Below, in pieces: positions 1-42,418 of a stretch of 64,000 nt of DNA. Origin of the DNA: Chrysomallon squamiferum. Taxonomy: Eukaryota > Animalia > Mollusca. The stretch lies in assembly GCA_012295275.1 (NCBI GenBank), contig CM022671.1, positions 7,936,001 through 8,000,000 of the forward strand, in the 5' to 3' direction. Each line of letters begins with the position of its first letter. Position 1 is the stretch's first letter. The notes under the pieces are model-generated. The model searched no databases and was not told the DNA's origin. It was given only the letters and a program-made list of their open reading frames with translations. Made by a program: the position numbers and the translations under genes.

Positions 1-2326
1 CCAGTTCATTTGTCTTCATATTTTATCAGTTTGTAACTGTCTCGCCTGGAAGGTTTTCCTACCTCTGTTTTAAACTGGCCTCTTTCCACTGGCCTGTCTA
101 GCACTAGTTCAGTGAAACGAGACATAAATCACCCTGGAAGTGCCGGCTTTGCACGATGATTCATAAAAGATAGCTTTGTAGGGTTCACATTTCTACAAGA
201 ACATCCACAGAGGTGTTCTTTGAACTGAACACAATTCTTATCACTTACTGCTTTCTTTAATGTCTCGTGTAAATGCTAATAGTTAATGTCTGCCACATAC
301 AGCTTTTTTTTTTTTTTTTTTTTTTTTTCCTCTTTTGAATAATTAATAATAATGAATTTGTATATACTTGCTACTTGTAATCTAGTATTTTCCTAATACT
401 GGCAATAAATAAATGTTAAAGCTTCATATTTAATTAGATTATTTATTATTTTGTTATCTACTGATTTACTGCTTCCGTTACTGCTGTATAATATTCAGAA
501 AGACAAAAGGTTTATGTTTTACTGTAATGCTCAAAGTTTGTTTTGTTCTTTGATAACATGGAAGTTATGCCTGACATTTACTGGCCAGTGATTATGATGT
601 ATCAGTGTGCAGGTCTTTGCAGATTTAAAAAAATATATTTCAGTAGCTGTTTACTAGTATATTTAAAGAAGAAGACAGGCTTATAATATTAATACACATA
701 GTAAAAATGATTTTTTTTTTTTTAAATATCTTATTACTGAAAAAATCGCTGAAATTATATGTTTAAATAATATTTGTTCAACTTAAAAAAAAATAATAAT
801 AACAAAAATCTTCAAAATGAAATTATAAATAAATACACATATTGTCCTAGACAAGTAAATTGTTACAAGTATGTGGAACTATTTAATACAGATCATGCCT
901 ACTGAAAAGATAAGTGTTATCATCACAGATACAGACTGACAACAACTGTGTAGACAGAATTTTAAACATTAAGCTTGCCAGTCTTTTAGAATGGAAGGGA
1001 GTGCAGGTCAGAAAAACTTCCTCTTTACAGTCAGTGTTGTGTGAGAAGATTGAAATGTAAAATGGAAGACGTAGAAAGAGGTGATGTAAATGTAAATATG
1101 AAATAAAAGAAATGTAAAACTGTTAGCCTGCATCTCGTAATTAAGGTTGGAGTACGCAGACGTAAAGCTAATAGCTAAAACAGATTTCTTTAATCGGCCT
1201 CATTTGGTATCACGCTGGAAGTATTTTTAGTCTCGTGCTGCAAGAAGAGCTACAGCTCGTTTGTGGTATTTTCTTGTTTTCTCTGTCTGGAGAGTTCTCA
1301 TTCCTCCCTGCTTGTGGCTGAAGAGATTGGTGAATATTTTCTGTCAGGTGTTTAGTTGTTGGTGGGGGTTACTTTCTGTTTGCACCACCATTTTTTTTTT
1401 TATTATATTTTTTTTTTTTTTTTTTTTTCACAAAAACTGTTTATTGTGGCAGCTGATTTAAGTGAAGTTTTAAGACAGGAGGGTTGAGAGGTGGAAATGT
1501 TTTAATGTTTTACACAGACGAAATCAGCAAACATTCATCTTTTTGATAAGACTGTCTGCATTCTTTTAACTTCCACTAATTCTATTTTGAACAACTGAAC
1601 TTTATGAAACAGAACCTGCTCTTTCCTTTCTTCTTCGGATTCTTTTTTGATTTTTTTCTTCATGGTATTGCAGACAGAAACAAAAGAAAAATTTCCTTTC
1701 AGAACAGCCCAAACAAATCTGACAGATATTTCAAAAAGTTCTTCTGCAGTTCAGTTTCTTAAAGTGAAATATGTTTTAGAATTTCTTTATTCATGGATTC
1801 TTTATTTGTTTCTTTACCTCTGAAACAGTGTTATGTCTTCTTTGTTTTGCAAATTGGATTATATTCTTTTAGGATTTTCATGAAATGTTTTTGCTTTCAA
1901 GAGAGGATCACAGATGTTTAAAATCTAATAACAGTGTTTTAACAGACTGGACATGTCCAAGTGGATATTGTTTTTACCTGGCATTGATTACCTTGGTGTT
2001 GGAAATTCTCATTTTTATCTGATACTCATGAGTCTTTGTTGCAGAAAGTTACCATGTTGATTCTTAATCTTATCATGTAAAGAAACTATTCACTTTGAGA
2101 GAATTAACATATTTTTTTAATACTCTCAAGTTAAATGTATTGCAAATTGTTACATACGTGAAAAACGTGTTTGTAGTCAGACTAAAAGGGCATAACCTTC
2201 ACTGCACTGTGCATACACGTTTTCTCCACACTTACAGAAACATCTACATTTTCTACTTTGTATCACCATCAAGTGTTTAAAACAAAATGCAACTGTGCAG
2301 AGTATTATGTGTTCCTGATCTTTCAG

Positions 2327-21545
<19,219 letters not shown>

Positions 21546-22576
21546 TTTCCATTAACTAACACAGAAAGAGAGAGAGAATTCTTCCAGTGAAGCAGAGCCA
21601 GACTGCTTCAAAACTCAATTCCAAATGGCAGAGATTGTGCTAGCCATGGGAAAATAAACAAAATTTAATTAAAAGTTATGCATGTTACATGAGTGTCAGT
21701 ATGCGAGTTCATTCACACAGGAATAGACGCTGAGAAGAAGAAAACAAAAGAGAGAGAGAATGAGAACTATATTTTTGCAGTGCATTGTGAAAACTTTGAC
21801 TGGGTTGTTTGGTCAGAGAGCTTGAAGAAAACAACAACTGTGATTTCATCTTTTTTGTTGGTTTTTTTTCTCTCTTTTTTTTTTTTTTTTAAACAATGCA
21901 TTCAGGTTGTAGTTTTTCTTTTTATTTATCTAATTATCTTTTTTTTTTTTTTCTTCTTCCTTTTTATATTTTTTTTTTATGCTGATGAGTAAATTGTTTT
22001 TTTTTTTTTTTTTTTTTCTTTTTTCACAATGTGTTTGACTTGTGGAATGAATAAGAAAACAAAATGGAATAAAGCTACATAACTTAAATAATAAAAATAT
22101 TATGTGGAAAAAGAAACAACAAGAAATGACCTGGAAAATAAAACAAAATGAGATCTGGTTATAAAAATAATAATAAATAAATAAATAAATATAATAATCT
22201 GATACATATATATATTAAAAAAAAATAAAAAAATATAAAAAATTATAATAAACATGACAGGTTAAAAAAATAAAAATGCAGAAACAAACTTGTTTTGGGT
22301 GGGGTTTTTGTTTTGTTTTATTATCTTGAAACGCTACTTATGTTGTTAAAAACGAAAACCAGGTATTGCACATTAATGTAAAATTCAAAACATTCTAATT
22401 GAAAAAATTTCATTTATCTCTCTCTAAGCTTTGTTTTTTTATCATTTCCAGTTCTGCAAGTCTCATTTCATCTGATATGATTAACATCACACAATGAACA
22501 AAATTGTGTCTGTTTCTCTTTTATTCTTAAAATGATTATTTTTTAGATATTATATAGATCTTAGTGTATAGTGTTA

Positions 22577-22631
<55 letters not shown>

Positions 22632-25600
22632 ATTATACATGCATGAATGAGTTATAGATTTTTACCGTGAATGTTTTGTCATTGTCCATAAAATTTTATT
22701 TTTATGACTTGACGAGCTAGCCTCAGATAAAACCATTATCATTCATTTTTCATTGTTACATACTCATGCAATATAGTTTTGTAGATAATTTATGCAAATA
22801 TTTTTTATCATAAACATTTACATGAGAGTTTTTATGCAATATGTATAAATTCTAGTGAATTTAAAAAAATTGTTTACATCATGCTGTTGTCATCTAGAAA
22901 ACATTTTAATTTTGCCATCACTTAATATGTTTTTAAATAATGTTCGGTTTTAAAGATGTTTCTACAGTATTTCTGTACTGAGTTTAATTTCCAAAAGCTC
23001 AGTTATTAATACCTTTTTTCACAGTACATTATAGCTCATTTTTTTTACATACAGTGTTTATTTCACAGTATATCATAACTTGTTTTTACATAATGTTTGT
23101 TTAGCAGTACAATTTAACTTCTTTTCTTCATACTGTGTTACAACTTGTTTCATTTATAATTTTTATTTGAGTATGTTGTAACTTGTTTTATTCATAGTCT
23201 TATAAATTCACAGTGTGTTATAAACATTTTTTTTTTTTACATATATGTGTTTATTTCACAGTACAAGATAACTTGTTTTATTCATACACTTTTAATTTCA
23301 GAATATATTATAACTCATTTTTTAGATACTGTGTGTGTATTTCACAGTAAAATATAATTTGTTTACGACAAACATTATTATAAGACAAAGCTATACATTT
23401 TTCCATCATATTAAAATTTTATTAATACTGTTGGCTTTTTTTTTTTTTCAAATTTTATTCTTTCATTTAAATTATTTTTTAAATCCTGCATTAAAAACAC
23501 AGTTGAAAAAAGTGTACATCTAATACAGTAGTAGCCAAATTTGAACAAAATACCAATAGTAGTTGTACATATCCATCACACATAACACAAAAACATTTTG
23601 TTAGGAATTCTAATTAGCAGAAGAAATAAAAATTCTGGAAAATAAATACCCTGATTATATTAGTTTAAATAATTTATGTTTATCCATGAATAAAATATTT
23701 ATGCAAGTAGATTAATATATAATCTGTGCCTTTGATCCCTTCGTGATATCATGTACTTGTGAAGTAGTAGTGTACATCGAAAATCACTTGTTTTATCAAG
23801 CACCTTTATAGCCAAATATATATATATATATATATATTTAGGTCAAAAAAATAAATTTTAATTCCTATGCATATTTTAACAGATCATAATAAAATTTAAT
23901 TTTTCTTTTTTCCCCTTCTCAGTACAATAAGTCTATAATTATATTTTTATTATTATGGGAGTTAAATTTAGAAAAGAAACTAAATTTAAGAATAGAATAT
24001 CTTTCAAATTTTAGAGCAATACATTTAATTTACATTTCTTTTAGCCTAAAAATAACTTAAATATACAAATCAAAAGTAAATTGGATTTTGTTGTGTGATT
24101 TAGCTTTATGTTTTAATCTATTCAAATAATGTCCTTCAGAGATCAACAAAAAGTTTTAAAAATAAACTAGTTGATTATAGTTATATATTTTTGATATTAT
24201 AAATTTAAATTGTAAGAAATGTTTAATTACAAAGCAACTGAAATTGGATCATTTAATCAGGTAATTATAATCATAGTGGTTCACTTGTTTGAGACATTTT
24301 ATCAGTGAATTAAATAAACATTTCATTATAATTTAAATAAAGTAGCTAGTTCACATATATGAGGACTGATTAATCAATATATATATATATTTTTTTTTTA
24401 ACTTTAAAAACGTTAAGAAATTTTAATTTTTTTTAAAAATTGTTTTTCTTTCAACTTGAACTAATATTTATTTTATGCATGGGTAGTTAAAAATGACAAT
24501 ATATTTTGAAGAATCTTATTTTTTTCTTTTTTAAATCACAAATACGTAATAGGCCAATATTTATTTTTTACTTGGGTGCTGATTAAAACTAATTTTACTT
24601 TGTAGCTGTATTTTACATAATTCATGCAGATTATAACTGATGATGAAGACAAATGATATTATTCTGTCAGGTAGATTTTATCTTGAAATGCGTTTTTAAT
24701 TAAAGTATTGTTATTCATTGAAGGGCATAACACTTGTATCATCACATTTATAACCTGTTCATTTTTACTAACATCACCTTGGATGACTGTGAAAAAAACT
24801 ACTACCCCATAAAACCCTATATATTTTGACATTTATATCTATTCATTTTAATTAACATAAAGTGAATGATTTTAATTCACACATAAACCGAATCATGTTC
24901 ATTTTTAATTAAAATCAATATATAAACTGAATCCCAGCATTTTTTGTGTCACTACCTTTTTAATAACATCAAGTATGTGAAATAACATGACCCATGAATA
25001 ACATTATATATTTCTTACAGATTATTTTATATGTCTCCATTGTCATTCTGTGATGGATCTCCCCACCCTGCACAGTGTACAGTGGTAGTTTCAAAGTGCA
25101 GGCGCGGGTCAGATATTACTTTTATATGCTGGCATGTAGATATGTGCTTGTGTGTTAGTGTGTATAGCCTGTGTTACATAACATACAGTATATAATCATG
25201 AAGCATGTATTTACAGCTGATGGATTTTTTTGTACACCACACAAAATAAAATATGAGAAAACTATCCTGGAATTTTGTATTATTTATGTATTTCTTCTAC
25301 TTTTGTTTTATTTTTTATTTTTTTTGTTATTGTGTATTTTGGTGGGTTTTTGGGGGTTTTTTTCAGAATCCATGACATTTACATATATTTTTTAAAGCCA
25401 TTTCTGAAGTATAATCATCACAAATGATTAATATTACCATTGATGATGAATTTATAGAATATTCCCAATCATTGCAACTAGAGATTTATGTGATCAAACT
25501 TGACAAATTACAGACACACATTAAATAAAATATTTAATTTTAATCCACCTGAGACCAGAAAAACAAAACAGTATATCACTGTGTACAGTTTGTTACTGTA

Positions 25601-26370
25601 ATAACCAGATTCACTGCTTCCAGGAATCCTCTAATTAAACATTCCAGATTTCATACATTCATGTCAACTACAAGAAAATTTTCATATAGGAAAAAAGCTT
25701 TTCATTTGTTAAGATTTACTTTTGTGACTTCCATCAAGAAAAGATTTTAATTATTCACTTTATTTGTTGAAATCTCAAAAATTCAGGGATGTGATGACAT
25801 CGTAATTACATCATTTTGACAAATACCATTCAATGATAATGACACTTTACTGCTGACCTATGCTGATCTTTGATTATAAATATTTTTGCTGTATCATCTT
25901 GAGAAGATATACTGTCTCTCAAACAAGATTAAATCAAGTATTCATTCATACTTGTTCTCAGACAATTTTAAAATGGACATGTTTAAAAAAACCTTTCCCT
26001 CATCTGTTTGTTGTAAAATAATACTGACATTTAAGAATGGACACATTTGTTTTATTTTCTTTTTTTCTAAACTTCTTGCCAGTCTAATAAAACAAAATCT
26101 AGCAGTAACTCGTGTGTACACATCAGTATAAAAATTATGTGATTTTAAAACAGACATATTTATTTTAAAAATTGTCTTCCTCTCTACTGTGAAAGAAAAG
26201 TGACTTGATCTGGCAGTTTTTTGTTTTCTTGATTATTTTATTATTTTTTTAAATATTAGTCATAAAATTACTGACACCTACATAACAGCATCAATATGTG
26301 TATATTTACATATAAAAACCTGTCATTTAAAAAAATGTATTACCAATTTTTCTTCATCTTTTACCAATGA

Positions 26371-26376
26371 AATAAA
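26371..26376 (+). terminator. Candidate distal poly(A) signal of MAGI
   Basis: AATAAA followed ~20 nt later by a GT/T-rich tract (gtaatgttttggggattttt...). It is the last such arrangement before the CFAP100 3' end. AATAAA is common in AT-rich DNA. Confidence 0.35.
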
Positions 26377-26544
26377 ACTCAATTGCTCTTGTAATGTTTT
26401 GGGGATTTTTTTTTTTTTTTTTTTTTTTATTTTTTTTTTTTTTACATTTTTATTTTACAATTCTACTGACAGATGCACGCACCTGTATCAGTAATCATAT
26501 ATGTACACACACACATAAATACCTGTTACTCCAAAATGAACATA

Positions 26545-26550
26545 TTTATT
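26545..26550 (-). terminator. Candidate poly(A) signal of CFAP100
   Basis: AATAAA on the - strand ~155 nt after the expected stop codon, followed by a GU-rich element (atgtgtgtgtgt on the - strand). Confidence 0.4.
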
Positions 26551-26705
26551 AAAAATGTTCTTTCTTTTCTGCGTGATGAAATATTTTCTGTTGCTTCTGT
26601 TGTTGTTGTGGGTTTTTTCAATATATATTAGTGACATAGCACACAATATGTATCACTAACAACACATAAATACATGTCATTATGAACAAACAGTATTTTC
26701 TAGAA

Positions 26706-35233
<8,528 letters not shown>

Positions 35234-35506
35234 TTTGTATCTGAAATCAGAAGGACAAAAAATTAACAAAATTTGTTTTTTCACCTTCATCACGTTTATT
35301 ATAACTGACAGAAACTATGAAGTGGTATACAAACATTATAATAATTCTTATATGTACATATTTATATTGTTTAATGTTATGTAGCTAAAATTACTACTTT
35401 TAATTATCTTTTTTTCAAAAATTATTTTTGGTTAATTTATAAATTTTAAATTTCAAACTATTTTAATCTGATTTTGATTTGATTTTACTAATGCTAAGAT
35501 TAAGTA

Positions 35507-35539
<33 letters not shown>

Positions 35540-35926
35540 TAATAATAATTATTATTATAACAATAATAACATATTTAGTTTTTTTAAAATTCAAAAGCTT
35601 TGTCAGTATATTTATTTTTATAAACATTAGTAATGGCCATCTGCACATATAAACGTTTTACTAAAAAGGAAATAATAATAAACCAGATGTCCATATACAC
35701 TTATATTAAAATCCTTGAATAAAGCCTAACGAGTCAGTTTATAATTTAATTATAAGAAATACATAATAACGGAATTATGTTCGAACGAAAATATATCAAT
35801 ACTAATAATACATCAAACAGTTCATTTAAAGTAAAGTGAGATTCAGCATTTATAATTTTAACAGAAAAGAAGGACATTATTTATCATGTTAAATTCAAAT
35901 AACATACAATAATTAATGTAACGTAC

Positions 35927-36040
35927 CGTTGTTAATATTGAAATATAAATTCAAACCAAGACTGACAAACTACAAGCGTATCCTCGTCGACCTGACAACC
36001 ATTCGGAGACTCTCGGATATTTCCGTATTCGTTCTCTGAC
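35927..36040 (-). other. CFAP100: Probable non-coding first exon of CFAP100
   Basis: Donor ACG|GTACGT at 35927/35926 on the - strand, locally CpG-rich sequence and an adjacent X-box. The ATG exon has its own acceptor (exon starts at 35240), so an upstream exon is expected. The 5' end is approximate. Confidence 0.6.
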
Positions 36041-36050
36041 TTAACGAACG

Positions 36051-36064
36051 GTTCCTATAGCAAG
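36051..36064. promoter_or_regulatory. RFX X-box at the CFAP100 promoter
   Basis: GTTCCTATAGCAAG is a near-palindromic match to the X-box (GTTNCCATGGNAAC type) immediately upstream of a motile-cilia gene. Nearby are an NRF1-like TGCATGCGC (36088-36096 region) and a forkhead-type TAAACA (~36134). Confidence 0.65.
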
Positions 36065-36139
36065 GAGTGTGCGTTATAACGGGAGATGCATGCGCTTGTG
36101 TATGATTTTAACGTATCTCAGAATACAGTTAAATAAACA

Positions 36140-36183
<44 letters not shown>

Positions 36184-37269
36184 GTTAACGTTCGGCCTGG
36201 GTAAAAGGAATATTATAACGACGAAAATACATCTTAATGGATCACTCTTTCTCTCGGAATGTAATTTTATTAAAAATAATAATAGATTTTATTTTTAAAA
36301 GTAAGTAAATAAAAATGTTATTTTATCTGTTCTTTGTGCATGATGTAATTATTCTTAAAAGCATTACAAATTATAACAACATCCATTGGATATTAATATT
36401 TTCTGAGTTTCTCTCTTTACTTTCGTTGAGTGTGTTAATTAACATCTGTCGTAATGCGATTTGTATCTACAGTGAATATACTTGCGTGTGAGCAGCCATG
36501 TTTGTGGTTAGAGACAGAGTGGTATGTGTTAACGCGAAACATCGTGGGAACATTCTAACAATATGTTTTTCTGTAATGTCCTTCATCAACAGTTATTGGG
36601 AACAGCAGCTAATTTTTTTATTATTAGTTTTTTTTATTTGTGTAAAATTTGAATTTGTATAAATAGTTACATTTTGATTGTTTTAATCAGCTGTCACTAG
36701 CAGGTTACTCCAATGAAAACAAATACTTTTATGTGTTTTATTGACAAATTTATTCACATAATTCATTCATCATTATGCAACAAAACAATAATAAATTAAA
36801 AACAGTACTTTAACGAAAAACAACTGGTCCAAAAATACAATTAAACTAAAATACAAATGGATTTCAGTCATCCAAAATTATGAAAATAAAAAATAAAAAA
36901 CCAAGGAAAATATCAATAACCAATGCAGCTTGACAAAAATTTAATGTAATAAAACATAAATCATAAATTTTAAATTTAACACAAAACTAAAAATGTTTCA
37001 GCAATATGATAAATTTGTATTTCTGTATTTATTTTTTCTCTTTGTTTTTTTAAATTTATTTATTTTATTATATTTTATTTTATTATTTATTTTTATTTTA
37101 TTAATTTTTTTTTTTTTTAAATGTGATATTGCCTATATATTTCACCTAATCTATGGTTGATTATGAAATCTTGACATGTGATTTGTTAACCCTACTACAG
37201 ATATATGACTAAACTGTATTGCAAAAACATATAAATTATAATAATTCTAAACTGCTAAAACTAATCTTT

Positions 37270-37630
37270 AAACATTTTTTTAAAAATAAAAAATTCACAT
37301 GCTCCCAACAAAATGATACACACACAATTAATTTCCCTATCACTTTGTTTCATCCTGATAAAGTTTAAGTTTTATTATAAATCACATACACAATTAAAAC
37401 TTTCACCATTTCTGATTTTTGTTGATATAAACTGTATTTATGAGTAAAATCATATTTCAGAAGACCCACAATTTTTAAAATTCAGAAAAATCCGTAACTG
37501 CTATCAGATCATTTATACAGATTTAAAAAAAAAAAAAAGAAAAAAAAAAGATTTTAGAAATTAATTTGCACTGTTAAATACAGTTATGTTGTTTACATTT
37601 CATTGTTTATTTTGTATTTTAGCAGTATAT
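37270..37630 (-). repeat. Dispersed repeat copy (right arm of an inverted pair with 33200-33550)
   Basis: Contains actgttaaatacagttatgttgtttacatttcattg, the exact reverse complement of ~33222-33257, and colinear similarity over ~350 bp. Confidence 0.85.
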
Positions 37631-40600
37631 TAATCTGGATGACTTCTGGTCCCAAGCTTACTGAAATAATACCAGTAGAAGTTACTGATTTTGTTTTGTT
37701 CCCTTCGGTAAAACAGAGGGCACAAAATAATTTCAAAACAACAGTTGTATAAAATGTTTTACAACACTTCATTTTTATATCAATGATTATTAAATGTCAG
37801 TTACATACTTCATATTTAATCTTTCTCTTTTTTTTTTCATTATTACAATGTAAAATATATTCCGATAAATTGATGTCAAGCTGCAAAACAAACACACAGT
37901 GACGCATGCACTAACTAAATGTTAGCAATAAATTAGTCTTATATGAACACAAAATTAAATTGCACGTTCCCTGTCATAAATTAAATAAAAATTGACAAAA
38001 ACAAAAAGTTTTTTTATGTTTTACCTTACAACCACAAAACATAAAGTTTGAAATAACTGATATTTTTTTTTTTTTTTTTAAAAGAAGAAGACGAAAAGAA
38101 AAATAATCATTGCTCTCTTTGAAAATATGAAAAAGTATGTTTGGTGGGTAAATCATTTTTAATATTTTAAAATTAATTTTATTTAAAACAGTATTTCAAA
38201 ATTTTTATTTTAGTTTAGAAAAACAATAAAATTAAGTAAATCTCTAATACTGACAATGATCTTGAATGGGGTTTTTCATAACTAATAAATATATTCTTTA
38301 AAAAAAAATTAATAATAACAAGGAACACATCCTTGATATGTATAAAATAGCCTGATTATATCTGCAACCAGAGAAACACAAGGCAATAACAGCAATCTTT
38401 AATATAACTTACTTTGCAAATCTGTTATTAACCATACATGACATTATCAGAAGAAAAAATAAACTTTGTTTAAATTAATATATTAACATTTAATATAACA
38501 AAAAGGTTACATTTAATTACAGTGTATTGATATCTTAAATTTTAAATTTGGTATCAAATGATATTTTTCAATAAAATTATTCTTGTTAAACTTTCTCAAG
38601 TAATCATTTTAAAAACCATGAACAATTTCTCTAAAAAAAGGGGAAAAAGGATAATATTAAAAGGGAAAAAATAAAAATAAAAATTGAATTAGTGTTGTTA
38701 ATTATTTTAAAAATATAACGTTGTTGACAATTTTAAAAATGTTTCTTCTTCCCAAAGAACACCATTGATATGCATAATTACAACAAAATGAAAACAAGTA
38801 TCACAGTATCTGATTGGGAGGTTTAGTCTTTAAAGTATATTTACACAGCCAGGAACGCTACAAAAAAGGTGTAAAGGGACATAACTACGACTTTCTTAAT
38901 AGCAAGTGAATTGCGAAGTGAGATGACGTAAAACAAATTCTACTGCTTTTTCATTTTTAAATTTATTTATTTATTTATTTATTTAATATTTTATTTTATT
39001 TTTAGTATTTGAAAAAAAAATATATTGCTCTGAGTTTACTGACAAAATGGCTGAATAAAAAGAAAAGTGTGATAGTGTGTATTTTGTTTTTTTAATTTTA
39101 TTCACTGGGTAAATATCACTGTCAACAGAATAAATAATCTACATAAAAACTTTGTACACTATAAAAAACGTATTAATTTTAATTAAACAATTTTCTGGAG
39201 TTACATTAATGATCAGTTTAATTCCTTTTAATCTCCATAAACATTTTCAAAAAAAGAAATTACAACATAAATCTTACTTTTATAAATAACAGGATACAAC
39301 CATTTCACAATTCTGTCTAATATTTATCTTGAGTTCTGCATCAGTAATAATTATCCAAAAATATTCTATGCATCACTAAAAATCAAGTCTCAAAAAGTTA
39401 TCTTCTACAACACAAAGTAATACAATATAGCACTATGACGTGAAACAAAACAAAGGTAACAGATACCCACCGATCGATCGGTAACAGAAAAACAGTCATT
39501 CTAATAGCACCACAATGATGGGCCAGGTCAGTAGATAAAACGGTATCTACATAATGGACAATAAATTATCAATATATCTTACAGACGTACTAAATTATAT
39601 ACACATGTTTATAAATTATCTAAAACTGTACAAAGGATTTGGTCCTCAGGAAAAATACATGACATACTTTGAACCATCTTAAAAAAACAAAAACAAAACA
39701 AAACAAAACAAAAGAAGCACTGTCCATAGGAACCAGGCACTTTCTGCATACAAAATAGTTTTGTTATTTCAGTCTTTGTTTGGACTTCTGATTGAAGTTT
39801 CAACAGCTTAATGGATGGTAGAGCAGAGATAATTTATTCAGATTTTGTTTATCCAGTAAAATAATAATATTTAGTATTTTTACCAGTTCAGTGTATTTAT
39901 ACTTTTACTAATACAGACTGGTATGTGATTTTTAAAAGAAGATTTTTGCCTAGTGTAGAATTCTATAAGATTTTGCCTGTATGAACTGGTAATTTTTTTA
40001 TTTTTACCAATCTGGATTAAAATAGGGTTTTACCAGTATGGACTGATAAATATGTTAATTTTACCAATATGGATCAGTAAAGGATTTTACCAGTATGGAC
40101 TGATAATATATTATTTTTACCTTTCTGGACCTACGTACGGTTTTTGAACCATAAGGTTATAACAGGTTATTAAATGTTTCTGCCATGAATACATAATATT
40201 CCCCTTAGAATACAAACTGTAACAAAACAAAACAATATAAATAAATAATTCTCTGCATTTTGCTAAAACATGATTATTATAGGTGTAAATATTATGTTAA
40301 TTCTTCTGATATAAGTGATGTACAATGAAACTGAATTTCATGACAAAAATAATTGTTTAAAAAAATGACATAAAAGAATGAAAATAATGCACAGATCTTT
40401 TGTTTACAAAATTCAGATCTCAAATTTCATTTCTTTCGAAAAAACAAAATAAAATAAAACTGGATTTCAAAAGTGCTTAACAATTATAAAATAATTCTGT
40501 GGTTAACCAATTTAAATGTTTTTAAAGGTAAATTTGAATTTCAAAAGTGCTAAAATGTTATAAAATATACTGTGATGAACTGGTTACATTTTTTTAAAGG

Positions 40601-41117
40601 TAAAAACATTGTATTTCATGCCATCAATCATTTTATTTCTGTACATTGTATCTAGAATGGGCATATTTTAGTATATGTAAACATTTCAACAAATATAACA
40701 ATTATGACTACTCATACTTCTCTGAAATCATTTAACAAACCAAAAAAAAAACCAACATAATAATAAATATTTTTAGTGAGGTAATATTTTATGAAATGCA
40801 GCCATTTCTTTGAAAGTTATTTTGAAAAATAAAGTTTCAATAAATGTTTATAAAATAGTGTCAGATAATGGCAAAAAAAAAAAACCCATTAAAACTAATC
40901 TTTCTTAAAGAAACAGTCTTTCACTGACTCAAGACAGAAGTCAAAAATTAAAAAAAACAAAACAAAAAAAAAAACCCAATTATGTCACTAAGTCCAAAAC
41001 AACCTAAATTTTGAGCAATACACAAACTACTTTTAGTTCATCATCGAAACTAGATAAAGTGTCCACATGTCTGAGAAAGTATTTGTACAAAAAAAACAAC
41101 AAAAAAACTGTCAGTCA

Positions 41118-41668
41118 TTATGCATATTGAGATTTTGTTTCTATGGCAACTGGAAAATTAGCTTCTGGACTGTATGGTTGATCTGGGTGTGGAGTGTATG
41201 GAGGGGGCTGTTCATTAGGAGGGGGGATAACTGGCAATGACGGATACAACACTGGGGCTGGCTGCCCTTGGTCTCCATAGTAACCTGGTGGCATAGGTGG
41301 AGCTGCAAAAGAGATAATTAATTTAACATTTCATTATTTCTACATTAACAAGTGAACACAGATGATTTTGAAATGTAAATTAATACTAAATAATGATTGT
41401 TCTTTTATTAAGAAAAAAAATAAAATTTCTAACAATCTTGATTTTGTTTTTTTTGCGACTAGAATTATCTTTGTGGTGGAGAAGTAATCAGTTTTAATTA
41501 GTTATTGTTTTCCTGTTTGCTCAAGTGGCAAATGTGGCTCTTTGTTTAGGATGTTAACATTTGTGTGAAGTTGCTAGCTGAGATTATTTACTGATAGGAG
41601 TGAATATGGCATTTGCCAGATGTCCAGAAGAATGAACTGACCCTGTGAGTAGCCACAAGGAGGGGGGG

Positions 41669-41733
<65 letters not shown>

Positions 41734-42301
41734 ACAGAAAAAAGAAAGACTGACAGAGAGAGAGAAAGAGTGTGTGTGTGAGAGGGAGAGAGAAATAAAC
41801 AGAAAAAAAGAAAGACTGAGAGAGACAGACAGACAGACATTTAGACAGAAGAATAAAACTCATCTATAGTATATGATGTAAAATTACACAATACTAGTAT
41901 CATACAGAGAATCCAAGAACAGGTATCATTATTCTTCATAACATCAGCAGAAAAACCCAGCCATTAACCCCAGACACAACATGAAAGATTATTATTATTC
42001 TTCAGCACAAGAGTACAACCGACCAGACACAGAATGAAATGGACAGATTCAAGATAACAGCAAAAGAGAAGATTAAATGGCTATGATTTTCCAGACAAAT
42101 AGGTTTTATTATAAGCAGATATAAGTAAGCTGGTTGAACAAACAGCAGAATATCCATGATATCCAGTAAGTATTTTGATGGCTGGCTCACAGACTTACAT
42201 GTGTGTGATTAAAGACAAAACATGAAAAGGATTAGAGATGTGTGATATTATAAGAATTCTTAACAGAATTAAAGCATAGAAAAGTAAATAAATTATTAAA
42301 C

Positions 42302-42372
<71 letters not shown>

Positions 42373-42376
42373 GATG

Positions 42377-42418
<42 letters not shown>

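Noticed and set aside
37-160. Relatively GC-rich open stretch (LSRLEGFPTSVLNWPLSTG...FAR*) at the window start
   Set aside because: Bounded by stop codons, with no usable splice-site pair and no recognisable MAGI sequence.
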